From: Prosthecobacter sp.
GTDB taxonomy: Bacteria; Verrucomicrobiota; Verrucomicrobiia; Verrucomicrobiales; Verrucomicrobiaceae
DNA: 64,000 nt
NCBI GenBank assembly: GCA_044355075.1
Contig: JBIKYV010000003.1
Span: forward strand, 7,324 to 71,323
Direction: 5' to 3'
Positions within the stretch are counted from its first letter, which is position 1. The number at the start of each line of letters is the position of its first letter. Shown here piece after piece: positions 18,992 through 29,300 of the stretch. A program made the translations under genes and the position numbers. The notes beneath the pieces are model-generated. The model was not told the DNA's origin, ran no database searches, and was given only the letters and a program-made list of their open reading frames with translations.

Positions 18992-20272
18992 GTGAAAGCC
19001 ACTGATGATCCACCCGAACCCAATGTGCGTCATTCAGGGGCAGAGTCATTGTGGGTAAAGCTCGACCCAGTTCTCGCTGCCGCAGCCAGCTCAGGCTTTT
19101 ATGGCCAAAAATTAGCCAGAGCAGGCATCTCGCCTTCAGCGATTCAATCGGCGCAGGACTACATTGAGCGTGTTCCTTTCACGACCAAAGCTGAGCTTTT
19201 GGCGGATCATCTGGCCTATCCACCTTTTGGTTCAAATCTCACCGAGCCGCTCACTCATTACACGCGATTTTGTCAGACCAGTGGCACCAGCAGTGGCCAG
19301 CCGATGGCCTGGATCGATACACCAGAGAGCTGGTCTGCTATGCTGCGCTGCTGGCGGCAGGTGTTTCATGCGGCGGGGCTTCAGCCAGGTCTAGACCGGG
19401 TTTTCTTTGCCTTTTCCTTCGGGCCATTCTTGGGCTTCTGGACTGCCTTTGAGGCAGCGGCAGCCGAGTTCTTGGCGCTTCCTGGGGGTGGCCTTTCCAG
19501 TCAGGCTCGGTTGCAAATGATGGTCCGCTATGGCGTCACGGCCATTTGCTGCACGCCGACGTATGCCCTGCGACTTGGTGAGCTCTTGGGTACCGAGGGA
19601 GCCCCCGTAGCCTCACACTTGAAGGTGCGCAAGATCATCGTCGCAGGCGAGCCAGGCGGCAGTATTCCCGGTGTTCGTTCACGCATTGAGCAGCTTTGGG
19701 GAGCCCGCGTTTTCGATCACCACGGCATGACAGAGGTCGGCCCGGTTAGCTATGAAAGCCTTGAACATCCAGGCCATCTTAGCCTCGTGGAGTCATCTTA
19801 TTTTGCAGAGATCATCGATCCCACCACAGGCATGGAAGTCGTGGATGGGCAGTGCGGCGAACTGGTCTTGACCACCCTGGAGCGTCGTTCATGCCCTTTG
19901 CTCCGCTATCGCACGGGCGATTGGGTGCGCAAACATACAGCTTCAGGCCGACTTCTGCTCCAGGGCGGTATCCTGGGTCGAGTCGATGATATGGTCGTCG
20001 TGCGTGGGGTGAATCTCTATCCTAGCGCCATTGAGGCTATCGTTCGCCAGTTCCCCGAGGTCGTGGAGTTTCTCGTCGAGCAGAAAAAGGTCGATGCCAT
20101 GGATGAGATCGAACTGCTCGTGGAGGTTTCTGCGCCAGAGGTCTCTGCCGTCATCGCCGCTTTGACGAGCCGATTGCGGGATACCTTTTCTCTCCGCATC
20201 CCCGTTCGTGCTGCACCAGCGGGCAGTTTACCCCGTCATGAGTTCAAGTCCCGCCGCTGGCGGCGTGCTTGA
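18992..20272 (+). CDS. Phenylacetate-CoA ligase family adenylate-forming enzyme
   Basis: PFTTKAEL, TSGTSSG, DHHGMTEVG, LLRYRTGD, GRVDDMVVVRGVNLYPS. Confidence 0.85.
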   Translation: MKATDDPPEPNVRHSGAESLWVKLDPVLAAAASSGFYGQKLARAGISPSAIQSAQDYIERVPFTTKAELLADHLAYPPFGSNLTEPLTHYTRFCQTSGTSSGQPMAWIDTPESWSAMLRCWRQVFHAAGLQPGLDRVFFAFSFGPFLGFWTAFEAAAAEFLALPGGGLSSQARLQMMVRYGVTAICCTPTYALRLGELLGTEGAPVASHLKVRKIIVAGEPGGSIPGVRSRIEQLWGARVFDHHGMTEVGPVSYESLEHPGHLSLVESSYFAEIIDPTTGMEVVDGQCGELVLTTLERRSCPLLRYRTGDWVRKHTASGRLLLQGGILGRVDDMVVVRGVNLYPSAIEAIVRQFPEVVEFLVEQKKVDAMDEIELLVEVSAPEVSAVIAALTSRLRDTFSLRIPVRAAPAGSLPRHEFKSRRWRRA

Positions 20273-20344
20273 CGCTTGATTCTTCCGCCACGGCTCGTTC
20301 ATATCCCCAGCGTGCAGTTGTCTGCACCTCGCGTCTCCCCAGCC

Positions 20345-21022
20345 ATGCCCCTCCTTACCCTTTCCCAAGTATCCAAGTCGTATCGGGAGCCCGGTGGCGG
20401 GCCACCAGTGCCGGTCCTTCGCGACATCAGCCTCCAGGTTCAGGCAGGGGAATCCCTCGCCATCATCGGGCCCTCGGGTTGTGGCAAAAGCACCCTACTG
20501 AACATCCTCGGCACGCTCGATCGTCCTGATTCCGGCACCTATGAGTTCGAGGGTGCCTCCCTCTCTGATCTGAGCGCGCCGCAGCTCGCCGCACTGCGTA
20601 GCCAAAAGATTGGCTTCATCTTCCAGCTTCATCATCTCATGCCCCAGTGCAGCGTTTTGGAAAATGTGCTGCTACCCACGCTCGCCCTACCGCAGTCTGA
20701 TCGGACCGCGCGCGACCGCGCCCAGGCTTTGCTGCACAGCGTCGGCCTCCAGGACCGGCTTACCTGGCGTCCAGCCCAGCTTTCGGGGGGGGAAAGGCAG
20801 CGCGTCGCTGTCGTGCGTGCGCTCATCAATCAGCCGCGCTTGATCCTGGCCGATGAGCCCACGGGCGCGCTGGATGAGGCCAATGCCGAGCGCCTGACCG
20901 CCTTGTTGATTCAGCTTCAGCAAACCACCGGCGTCAGCCTCATCCTCGTCACCCACCAGACGGCTCAGGCCGAGCGCATGGGGCGCGTTTTGCGCATCCA
21001 ATCCGGAGCCCTTGTCGAGTGA
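20345..21022 (+). CDS. ABC transporter ATP-binding protein (LolD-like)
   Basis: GPSGCGKST, IGFIFQLHHL, LSGGERQRVAVVRAL and LADEPTGALD. Confidence 0.9.
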   Translation: MPLLTLSQVSKSYREPGGGPPVPVLRDISLQVQAGESLAIIGPSGCGKSTLLNILGTLDRPDSGTYEFEGASLSDLSAPQLAALRSQKIGFIFQLHHLMPQCSVLENVLLPTLALPQSDRTARDRAQALLHSVGLQDRLTWRPAQLSGGERQRVAVVRALINQPRLILADEPTGALDEANAERLTALLIQLQQTTGVSLILVTHQTAQAERMGRVLRIQSGALVE

Positions 21023-21162
21023 CGGATCAAGCCATACCATCGCTCCGCTGCCGCAGCCGCCCCCCACTCGATCCGCCAGTCAGCCGCGAAAAAAAATTCC
21101 TTCCGCATCGGGAATGATCTTGTCCACGCTCTCGGATGCGTGAGATAGTCAGGCCTTCTCCC

Positions 21163-21744
21163 ATGAAAGAGTACGCCTATATTCATGACGACGGGGCCAT
21201 CCTGCCTCCGCTGAAGGCTGTGCCGTTCCTTAACAGCTTCACCGATGAGCAACTTGATGAAGTGCTCAATTCCTCCTCCCTCCTCCAGTGTGATCCTGGA
21301 GACTTTATCATTCAGGAGGGCAGCATCGACACCCGCATCTACGTCCTGCTCAGTGGTGAGCTCGAAGTCCGTGTCGGTGGCAAAAAAGTCGCCGCCATCG
21401 TGCGTCCAGGCGATGTCTTTGGTGAGCTCGCTCTCGTGAACCAGGACAAGCGCGCCGCTTCTGTCATTGCTGGGGGGCGTGCGCTCTGTCTTGCCGTGGA
21501 TCAAAAATTCCTCCAGGACATGCATCCGCGCGAGGAAGATCCCGCCTTTCACGCCGCCCTGTTTGAGTTCGTTGCCCGCCTCGTCGCGAAAAAGCTAGAT
21601 GCCACCTCGCGTCGTCTCGCAGAGGTCGAAAAAGAACTCCGTGCCTTGAAAGAAGCCACTGCCTCCGAAGCAACCTCTGCCCCAGTCTCTGAAGCGGAAG
21701 ACGACGGCAGCAGTCGCTCCAGTCGGCGAAAGCAGTTGGCTTGA
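21163..21744 (+). CDS. Cyclic-nucleotide-binding domain protein without an HTH
   Basis: IIQEG, YVLLSGELEV, GDVFGELAL and RAASV, followed by a coiled-coil tail. Confidence 0.82.
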   Translation: MKEYAYIHDDGAILPPLKAVPFLNSFTDEQLDEVLNSSSLLQCDPGDFIIQEGSIDTRIYVLLSGELEVRVGGKKVAAIVRPGDVFGELALVNQDKRAASVIAGGRALCLAVDQKFLQDMHPREEDPAFHAALFEFVARLVAKKLDATSRRLAEVEKELRALKEATASEATSAPVSEAEDDGSSRSSRRKQLA

Positions 21745-22288
21745 GCGTGCGGTGCCCTAGCCGCGTTTTCCCCAGGGCGCAGCCTTCCTGACGGTAAAGT
21801 TTTCTGCGTTGAGGATCTGAAACCCCAAGCTTCACCTCATGGCAATCACCATGCCATTCGGCTCTTCCCTTTGCGTTTTGCAGGCAACACGCCGCCGATT
21901 TTCAGGAGCTTAGATCTTCAAAAAAGCGCCTCGCTGAAAAAGACAGAAGGGCCGTTCTGGAAAGCCCTCTTGGCCACTCCATCGCGATTCATTCTTCCAT
22001 CCAGGCCATCCTAAGCGCACCCGGCATCCTCAGGTTTCTGATGGGAAAACAGGGTTCGCCTAACCTTCAGTGACGCATCTCTCTTCTGCTTTGAAGAAAA
22101 CAAAACCCAATGCTTAAACCTCTTACCGTTAGGTTTTCGTTTTTCGAGAAAGGCGATTTTGGGGTCTTGGTTTAGCTTGTTGAGTAGGAAGCGTTGTCGC
22201 AGTGGTTGGGGGTGTTTTAGGATCGCGGTCTGACGTAGATCGTTTCCCTGGTTCGTTTCTGAGCTGGCGACACACAAAGACCTCCTCC

Positions 22289-22744
22289 AAGACTCCTGCT
22301 GATCTCGAATCTGCCCTGACGCGGGTGAGGCAGGAGCCTGACCTGAGTGCGAAATCGTTGCTGCTCGCCGGGGTCGTCTCGGAGTTGTTCCGTGAGCGCG
22401 AGTTCGAGCCGGTGGTGGTCGGCGGTTCAGCCATCGCGTTTTACACGGATGGAGCCTACATGTCCGGTGATACGAACATCTGCTAGGCTGGCTGGCCCCA
22501 GCCCACGATGGAGCAGCGGGAGGAGATCATGCGGCAGATTCCCGGCATCCAATGCCGTGGTAGTGCCAAGAGCTGGTGCATCGAAGGTCTGTGGATCGAT
22601 TGGCTCGGCCAGATTGATTATCGAGCGGATAAGGAATTGGTGAAGTTTAACACGCCTGTCGGGGCTGTTGTGGTGATCCCGGTGGAAGATATTTTGGTCG
22701 GGCGGAAAGGCGCAGGGTGGGCAACTTGGTGGCTCCGGCGGTGA
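22289..22744 (+). pseudogene. Disrupted nucleotidyltransferase-like (DUF6036/AbiEii-like) gene
   Basis: PVVVGGSAIAFYTDGAYMSGDTNIC, then in-frame TAG at 22484-22486, after which the same frame continues (AGWPQPTMEQREE...IPVEDILVGR). Confidence 0.65.
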
Positions 22745-22863
22745 TCCGTCGTGACAAGAGTGGGGGCGATGAATACCTGCGCGAGACTTACGGCGGCGAG
22801 CGCGGTCCTCCCTTCAACAAGCCTTTCGATCCCTCGGCGGATGAGAAGCGCTAAGGCGCGGTC

Positions 22864-23676
22864 TCAAGGCACGCGCTTGAACTTCTTGAAGTTGGGCTTC
22901 CTTTTTTCGACGAAGGCGGTTTTGCCTTCCTTGGCTTCTTCGCTCATGTAGTAGAGCAGGGTAGCGTTGCCGGCGAGGTCGAGAAGGCCCATCTGACCGT
23001 CGCAGTCGGCATTCAGGGAGGCTTTGAGGCAGCGGAGGGCCAGCGGGCTGTGCTGGAGCATTTCGCGGCACCATTGGAGGGTTTCTTCCTCCAGCTTTTC
23101 TAGGGGTACGACGGTGTTTACAAGGCCCATGTCGAGCGCTTCCTGGGCGTTGTATTGGCGGCAGAGATACCAAATCTCACGCGCTTTTTTCTGGCCGACG
23201 ATGCGGGCGAGGTAGCTGCTGCCGAGGCCGCCATCGAAGCTGCCGACCTTTGGGCCAGTCTGGCCGAAGCGGGCGTTGTCCGCAGCGATGGTGAGATCGC
23301 ACACGACATGAAGCACATGGCCGCCGCCGATGGCGTAACCAGCGACCATGGCGACGACGGGCTTGGGTAGAGTGCGGATCTTGCGCTGGACGTCGAGGAT
23401 GTTCAGGCGGGGGACGCCATCGTCACCGATGTAGCCAGCGTCACCGCGCACCTTTTGATCGCCGCCGGAGCAGAAAGCGAGGGGTCCCTCGCCACAGAGG
23501 ATGATGACGCCGACGTCGGGATCTTCATGCAGAATTTCGAGGGCGATGAGCATCTCCTTCACCGTCTGCGGGCGGAAGGCGTTGCGCACTTCGGGCCGGT
23601 TGATGGTGAGCTTGCCGATGCCGTCTTCGGTTTTCTCGAGCTTGATATCCTGGAAGGTTTTGATCGTGGTCCACAT
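22864..23676 (-). CDS. menB: 1,4-dihydroxy-2-naphthoyl-CoA synthase
   Basis: [57 protein letters not shown] and [10 protein letters not shown]. Confidence 0.96.
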   Translation of the reverse strand: MWTTIKTFQDIKLEKTEDGIGKLTINRPEVRNAFRPQTVKEMLIALEILHEDPDVGVIILCGEGPLAFCSGGDQKVRGDAGYIGDDGVPRLNILDVQRKIRTLPKPVVAMVAGYAIGGGHVLHVVCDLTIAADNARFGQTGPKVGSFDGGLGSSYLARIVGQKKAREIWYLCRQYNAQEALDMGLVNTVVPLEKLEEETLQWCREMLQHSPLALRCLKASLNADCDGQMGLLDLAGNATLLYYMSEEAKEGKTAFVEKRKPNFKKFKRVP

Positions 23677-23720
23677 GGTCGCTGCGCTCCGATGGGAGGG
23701 GGTGAGAGAAGATGGAGAGC

Positions 23721-24641
23721 TTACGCCACGAAGCTGGTGTAGCGCTGCAATTCTGTGAGGCGGCTGGCGATATCGGCCTGGGTGACCTTTTGCAGCTTGT
23801 GGGTGCTGAAGGCTTCACAGGTGTAGCTGGCGGTGACGCTGCCGTGCACGACGGCTTGGCGGAGGTCGTCGAAGGTGGGCTTGGTCTTGCCCTGGCTGCT
23901 GAGCCAGCCGGCCATGCCGCCGAGGAAGCTATCACCCGCGCCGGTGGGGTCGAAGACGGAATCGAGCGGATAGGCGGAGCAAGAGAAGAAGGCATCGGGC
24001 GTCTCGCCAAAGAGGTAACTACCGTGCTCGCCGCGCTTCACGACGACGTAGCGGGGGCCCTTGGCCTGCAGCTTGCGGCCTGCTTCGACGAGATTGGTGG
24101 TGCGGGCGAATTCCTTGGCCTCGCCGTCGTTGATGACGAGCAGGTCGATCTTTTTCAGCACGTCATGCAGGCGCTCGTTGGCGATGCTGATCCAGAGGTC
24201 CATGGTGTCGGCGATGACAAAATCAGCGCCGGAGCATTGGTCGAGGGTTTGTAGCTGGTTGTCGGGGCTCATGTTGGCCAGCACGGCGATTTTGGCCGCA
24301 GCGGCATTTGTCGGCACCTTGGGAGTCCAGCTTTCCAGCACATTGATGCCCACCGCATGGGTGGTGCGGTTGTTCATGTCTTCGTGGTATTCGCCGCTCC
24401 AGGTGAAAGAGGCACCGCTGCTGCGCTCTAGGCCTTCCAGCGTGATGCCCTTGCCGCTGAGCAGGTTCAGGTGGGCTTCCGGGAAGTCGTGCCCGATGAT
24501 GCCCACGAGGTGCACTGGCTGGGTGAAAATGCTAGCCGCGAGAGCTGCATAAGCGGCGGAGCCGCCCAGCAGGTTGTCCTGGGAGTCCTGCGGGGTTTTG
24601 ACATTGTCGAGGGCGACGGTTCCGGCGATGACGACTGACAT
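23721..24641 (-). CDS. PfkB family sugar/nucleoside kinase
   Basis: [22 protein letters not shown] and [12 protein letters not shown] anion-hole motif. Confidence 0.88.
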   Translation of the reverse strand: MSVVIAGTVALDNVKTPQDSQDNLLGGSAAYAALAASIFTQPVHLVGIIGHDFPEAHLNLLSGKGITLEGLERSSGASFTWSGEYHEDMNNRTTHAVGINVLESWTPKVPTNAAAAKIAVLANMSPDNQLQTLDQCSGADFVIADTMDLWISIANERLHDVLKKIDLLVINDGEAKEFARTTNLVEAGRKLQAKGPRYVVVKRGEHGSYLFGETPDAFFSCSAYPLDSVFDPTGAGDSFLGGMAGWLSSQGKTKPTFDDLRQAVVHGSVTASYTCEAFSTHKLQKVTQADIASRLTELQRYTSFVA

Positions 24642-24741
24642 GAGGCGTGGTGGCTTGGCTGATGGTTTGGAGATGTGAAGGAAGGATTGCCTTCTTGCCT
24701 CCGGGGCGTCTTGTGTAGCAGATTCCAGCCGGAGGGCGCGG

Positions 24742-24769
24742 AGTATCCGTGGTCGCCCCGGTGTGTCAA
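24742..24769 (-). promoter_or_regulatory. Candidate sigma70 promoter for pfkB
   Basis: On the minus strand TTGACA (24769-24764), 16 bp spacer, GATACT (24747-24742). Confidence 0.4.
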
Positions 24770-25043
24770 TCGCTCATCCCTACCTCTCTTCCATGCGCTT
24801 CATGGGATAGGTCTTCTTTATCGAGCTTGTATCGGTGAGGATGTTGGCCCAAGGTCGAGTCTCAGGAGCCGCAGGTGCTGACTCCGCTGGCCTGCCCGCA
24901 GGTCTCGTTTTTGATCGAGCGGGTTGCTGCTTGGGTAGAAATTCTTCCGGTCTCCTTTGATCCTGTGCTCCTTAGCGTTAAACATGTGCCTGCTTAAACC
25001 CTGAGTGTCGAAATCTTGATTCCATGATTCCCGTGCCCGTGTT

Positions 25044-26255
25044 ATGAAGATCGAGCTGCCATCCCTCGATTCGGAAACCATCCAGTCCTTCCTGCAGCAC
25101 AATCATGTCATTGTGGGGGGCATTGGGCTGTTGTTTTTCATCCTCGGCGTCTGCATCGGCGCTGTGCTCTGGGGTAGGTACAAGAAGCAGCTCGCCTTGG
25201 CGCGGCTAGAGATTCATGGGCAGCGGGAAAAGCTGACCCAGGTGAAGCAGCGGCTCACCGAGCCGACGGTCAGTCCTGCCGCCATGCCCAGGATCGCATC
25301 ACCGCCGGTGTCAGACGCTGGGGCCCCTGCGCCTGAAGCGTCCACTCCCATGCCTGCGGAAATGGCGGCACCTGCTGCGGTGGCTGAGACGACGCCGACA
25401 AGCGCACCTTCATGGCCTGAACTTCCGGTCAGCAGCTTGCCCACATTCCCAGTGGTCGAAAATGTAGCTCCAGCCCCAGCGACAACCCGTTGGGAACTTC
25501 CCGCGTTAGAGGCTCCGCCGCGCATCAATGCGCCCGTGCCTGCTTCTCCCGTGGGATTGCAACATGGAGAGCTTTCCCCCAAGCGTCGTCCCATCGTCTT
25601 AGCGCACCGACACAAGTCTCCCGCATCTCTTCCGCCTGCTGCAGATTTATCTGCATTCGAGTTGCCCGCTGTTGCGCCCGATCCTGAGACTGAAGTCGAG
25701 GCGTTCGGATTCCTGATGGGGGACGATGTGCAAGAGGACGAACCCAAGGTGTCGATCTCTGCCCTTGCAGCCATCGTGCAAGGCCATGCGCCAGCGCCCG
25801 ATTTGCCCAAACCACTATCTCCAGTCAACGCATCAAGCCTGTCGAGTTCAGCGGCGAGCTTGCCGATGGCTGCAAGTCCTGTGACTTCGCCTTTACCTCA
25901 GGCTGCCGAGATGATCCCGCCGATCGAGCCAATCCTGCCGGTGGCCATCGAGTTCGATCGTCATCTTGGTCTGATCTACCGCCAGCCACCGATCGTTCCT
26001 GATGACTTGACCCAGATTCGCGGGGTCTCTGCGGCTCTGTCGGCACGCCTGAATGAACTGGGGGTTTACACCTACCGTCAAATCGCTGCCTGGGATGAAA
26101 ACCAAGTTCGTGAATTTTCTCAACGCCTCGCTTTTAAAGACCGAATCACACGCGAGCAATGGATCCAGCAAGCCCGCGGTCTGAATGAGGCACGAAATCA
26201 GACCCTGGACCTCGCCGCTCACCCCCAGCAGCATTTGAGCGATGGTGCCTCATGA
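25044..26255 (+). CDS. Membrane-anchored Pro/Ala-rich protein with C-terminal helix-hairpin-helix domain
   Basis: Single N-terminal TM helix, long low-complexity linker and DDLTQIRGVSAALSARLNELGVYTYRQIAAW...W motif. Confidence 0.75.
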   Translation: MKIELPSLDSETIQSFLQHNHVIVGGIGLLFFILGVCIGAVLWGRYKKQLALARLEIHGQREKLTQVKQRLTEPTVSPAAMPRIASPPVSDAGAPAPEASTPMPAEMAAPAAVAETTPTSAPSWPELPVSSLPTFPVVENVAPAPATTRWELPALEAPPRINAPVPASPVGLQHGELSPKRRPIVLAHRHKSPASLPPAADLSAFELPAVAPDPETEVEAFGFLMGDDVQEDEPKVSISALAAIVQGHAPAPDLPKPLSPVNASSLSSSAASLPMAASPVTSPLPQAAEMIPPIEPILPVAIEFDRHLGLIYRQPPIVPDDLTQIRGVSAALSARLNELGVYTYRQIAAWDENQVREFSQRLAFKDRITREQWIQQARGLNEARNQTLDLAAHPQQHLSDGAS

Positions 26256-26331
26256 GGATGCATTTCGAAGCGTTCCAGCGTGGGCCTATGCTGGCCTGCG
26301 CGGCTGCGTTTGGGGAGAGAAGTGGCTTTTG

Positions 26332-29300
26332 ATGAAAAGGCTCGGCCTTGTGCTTGGGTTATTCGGATGGATGGGATGGTGTCCCTCGCTGGTGGCTCAG
26401 GAGGCAGCGCGGCCTTGGTCCGAGCGTGAGACACGGCTGGCGAACGAGTATCTTTCTCTGTTGGTGACGCAGCCTGAGTATGGCCGCGTGGTGGATTTGG
26501 TCTGGGCACTTTACGAGAAACATGAGGCGACGGCGCTGCTGATGCAGAGTGTGGCGGCGCAAGTGCAGTCCCAGCGGCATCCGGCGCTGGTGTTGGTGCT
26601 CGGGCACCTTCAGCGAAAGGCGGGTGATCTGAAGAAGGCAGCCACTTCTTACGAGCAGGCGCTCAGCAGTGTTGAGCACGAGCCGCTGGCCTTGCTCGCG
26701 CTGGCGGACGTGGCCCAGGAGCAGGGCGATCCGACCAAGGGTTTTCAGTGGATGGGCCGACTGAATGCGCTGCTGCCGGACACGGATAGGCGTAAGGTGG
26801 ACGTGTTGTTGCGGCTAGGCACGCTAGCTTTGGCGGCGCAAAAGAATGAAGATGCCGTGCGTGCCTGGGAGCAGGCGGCGCGGCTGCGTACGGGAGATTT
26901 CGCCCTGACGCGTCAGGTCGCAGAGCTCATCTTACGGGCAGGTTTTCCCGAGCGTGCGGCTGCGTTTTACACGGCGCTGGCGGATCAAAGTGATCCGCAG
27001 AAGCGGTTGGATGCGCTCTACGATCTGGCCCGTATTCATGAGCATGCGGATCAGTTTGAAAAAGCCGACGCTGCGCTGAAGAAGGGGCTGACGTTGCTGG
27101 ATTTTCGTGATGGCCGCTATGCCGATTTTTTCCGCCGCCGCGTGCGTCTGCACGAGCGCTTTGGTTTCTTGGATGACCTGCGCCAGCAGTTGCAAAAAGG
27201 CACAGGGGAGCAGGCTCTGCGGGATCTGGCGCGCTTTCATGAGATGACCGCTGACGCCGACGCGAGGGTGGAGACGATGCGTCAGTTGGTGAAAGTGGCA
27301 CCAGACGTCGATGATTACCGCTGGGAATTGGTGCGGCTACTGCTAGATCACGAGGGGACGGCTGAAGCCTCGAAGCTACTGGACGAGCGTCTGAAAGGGG
27401 ATGTGAGCGATTTGCCAGCCCTCGTTTTTTTGCGATGCGAGGCTGATCTGCGCGCAGGACATCAGGTCAAAGCGGTGGCGAGGCTACGCAAGCTGCTGGA
27501 GATGACGGGCAAGCCTGAGGTGGAGAAATTGGCGCTGACCTTTGCCCAGCAGCGAGCTTTGGATGAGATCATCGAGTTCATTTTGCAGGCCAGAGTCGCA
27601 CGGGAGCCTGATGGTGCAGAGGCTGTGTTCGAGCTCGCGGCTTATTATCGCGTCCGCAAGGACATGGCAGCGGCTGATGCGCTGCTGCGCCGCTTTACCG
27701 CAGGTGCGTCGGATGATGTGGAGCGGCAGCGTCGGCTGAATGAAGCGGCGTCCTTTATGGCTGCAGGCAGCGACTTGGACACGGCCATCATTTTAGCACG
27801 TGAGGCTGTGGCCAAAGCGGGTGCTGGACGTGAGGAATTTCTGCGACTCGCCGATTTACTGGCCGAGCACGCTGAGCCTGAGGAGGCGCTGGATTGGCTA
27901 GAACGGGCCTGGAAGGTCTCGGAAAATGAAGAAGACAGCGTGGATGTCGATGAGCGCATTTTTTCGCTGCTGCTGGGAGAAAAGAAGAAGGAGCAGGCGA
28001 AGCCGCGTGGCACGGGCGGAGATTTCCAACTGCCGGATGTGTTTACGGGAAAAGGTTTTGGCACGACCGACACGTCTGCTGCTGTCGAACCTGAAGTGCA
28101 GGTGAGTGAGTTACTGCTGGAGCGAGCGCGGCAGCTTTTTTCTAAAGCGCTGCCGTCTGGTTCGGATCAGGCAGTCGCCACGTCTCGTGTGGCTCGGCTC
28201 GAACTCTTCCGCGCGGCGTGGTGGTCAGTGCGCACGGGTCTGCACGATGAGGCCTATGCGGTTTTTCGTCAGCTCGAGCAGGCTGCGCCTGGGCAGAGTC
28301 TGCCGCTGGAGGCGGAGAAGCTACTGCTGGAGCTAACGCTTGAGGACAAAAACACGGGGCTAGCGCTGCGGGTGCTGCGTCGATTGATCGCCAAGGATGC
28401 CTCGAATCCCATCCGCTACACGTTACGCCTTGCGGAGTTGTTGCTGGAGGATGAGCAAGCCGCCTCTGCGGCCATCAATGTGGGGCTTTCCCATGAACGT
28501 ACGGGCTGGCGTCTAGCGAATGAGCCGCCTCCGCCGGGTCGTGCAGCCACGATGTTGCTGGAGCGTGCCTATCGTCAGGCACCAGACTCGGAGCAGTTGC
28601 TGAATGCGTTGACGCAATGCTACACGCTGCAGCAGCGGCCGGATCATGCGCTGAAGCTTTGGCAGCAGGCGATCGAGCGCGCCACGGGCAGCACAGCCAT
28701 CATGCTCTTGCAGCGTTACGCGGAGATGTTGCTGCAACGGGGTAAGCTGCCGGAGCATGTGGCCGCACAGTTGCGTATCGTGGAAATGGAGACGGAGGTG
28801 AAACGCCGCCGCGAGACCTTCAAGCGTTTCTTGGATCGCCTGCTCTGGGCTGGGGAGAGTGGCGGTGAGTTGCCAGAGGAAGTGCTGCGAGATCGTTTGA
28901 AGCTGATTCGCGATTCGCTCTTGGCCTTGGTGAAAAAACATCCGTTTGATGGCTTTTACCACGAAGCATTGGCGGGTGTGCATGAGCGCTCGGGAGATGC
29001 GGCACAGGCCTTTCAGTCGATGAAGCTGGCCTACTACACCGCGCCAGATACGCCCTTTTCGCTAGATCAGCTGCGCGAAGCGGCCTTGAAGGCGGGCGAC
29101 CTGAAGGCGGCGATTTATTTCCAAAAGCAAATCGCCGCGAGTGCCGCTCCGGCCCAAGCGGCGGCAGAGTCTCGACGTCTGGTCGAGATGCTGGAGCAGA
29201 CCTTTCAGATCGCTGAGGCGGATCGCGTGCGGCGGCGGCTGGAGAGCCGGTTTTCACAGGACGCTCCAGCCCTGGAGGCGCTGGCTGAGCATTACCGCAC

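Noticed and set aside
20345-21022. LolD-like ATPase without an adjacent permease
   Set aside because: Split lolD/lolCE arrangements are common, so there is no specific evidence of novelty.
21745-22288. 450+ bp intergenic stretch with an 88 aa minus-strand ORF (22011-22277)
   Set aside because: No family is recognisable and there is no convincing start. It may be more decayed sequence beside the pseudogene, but I cannot support a call.
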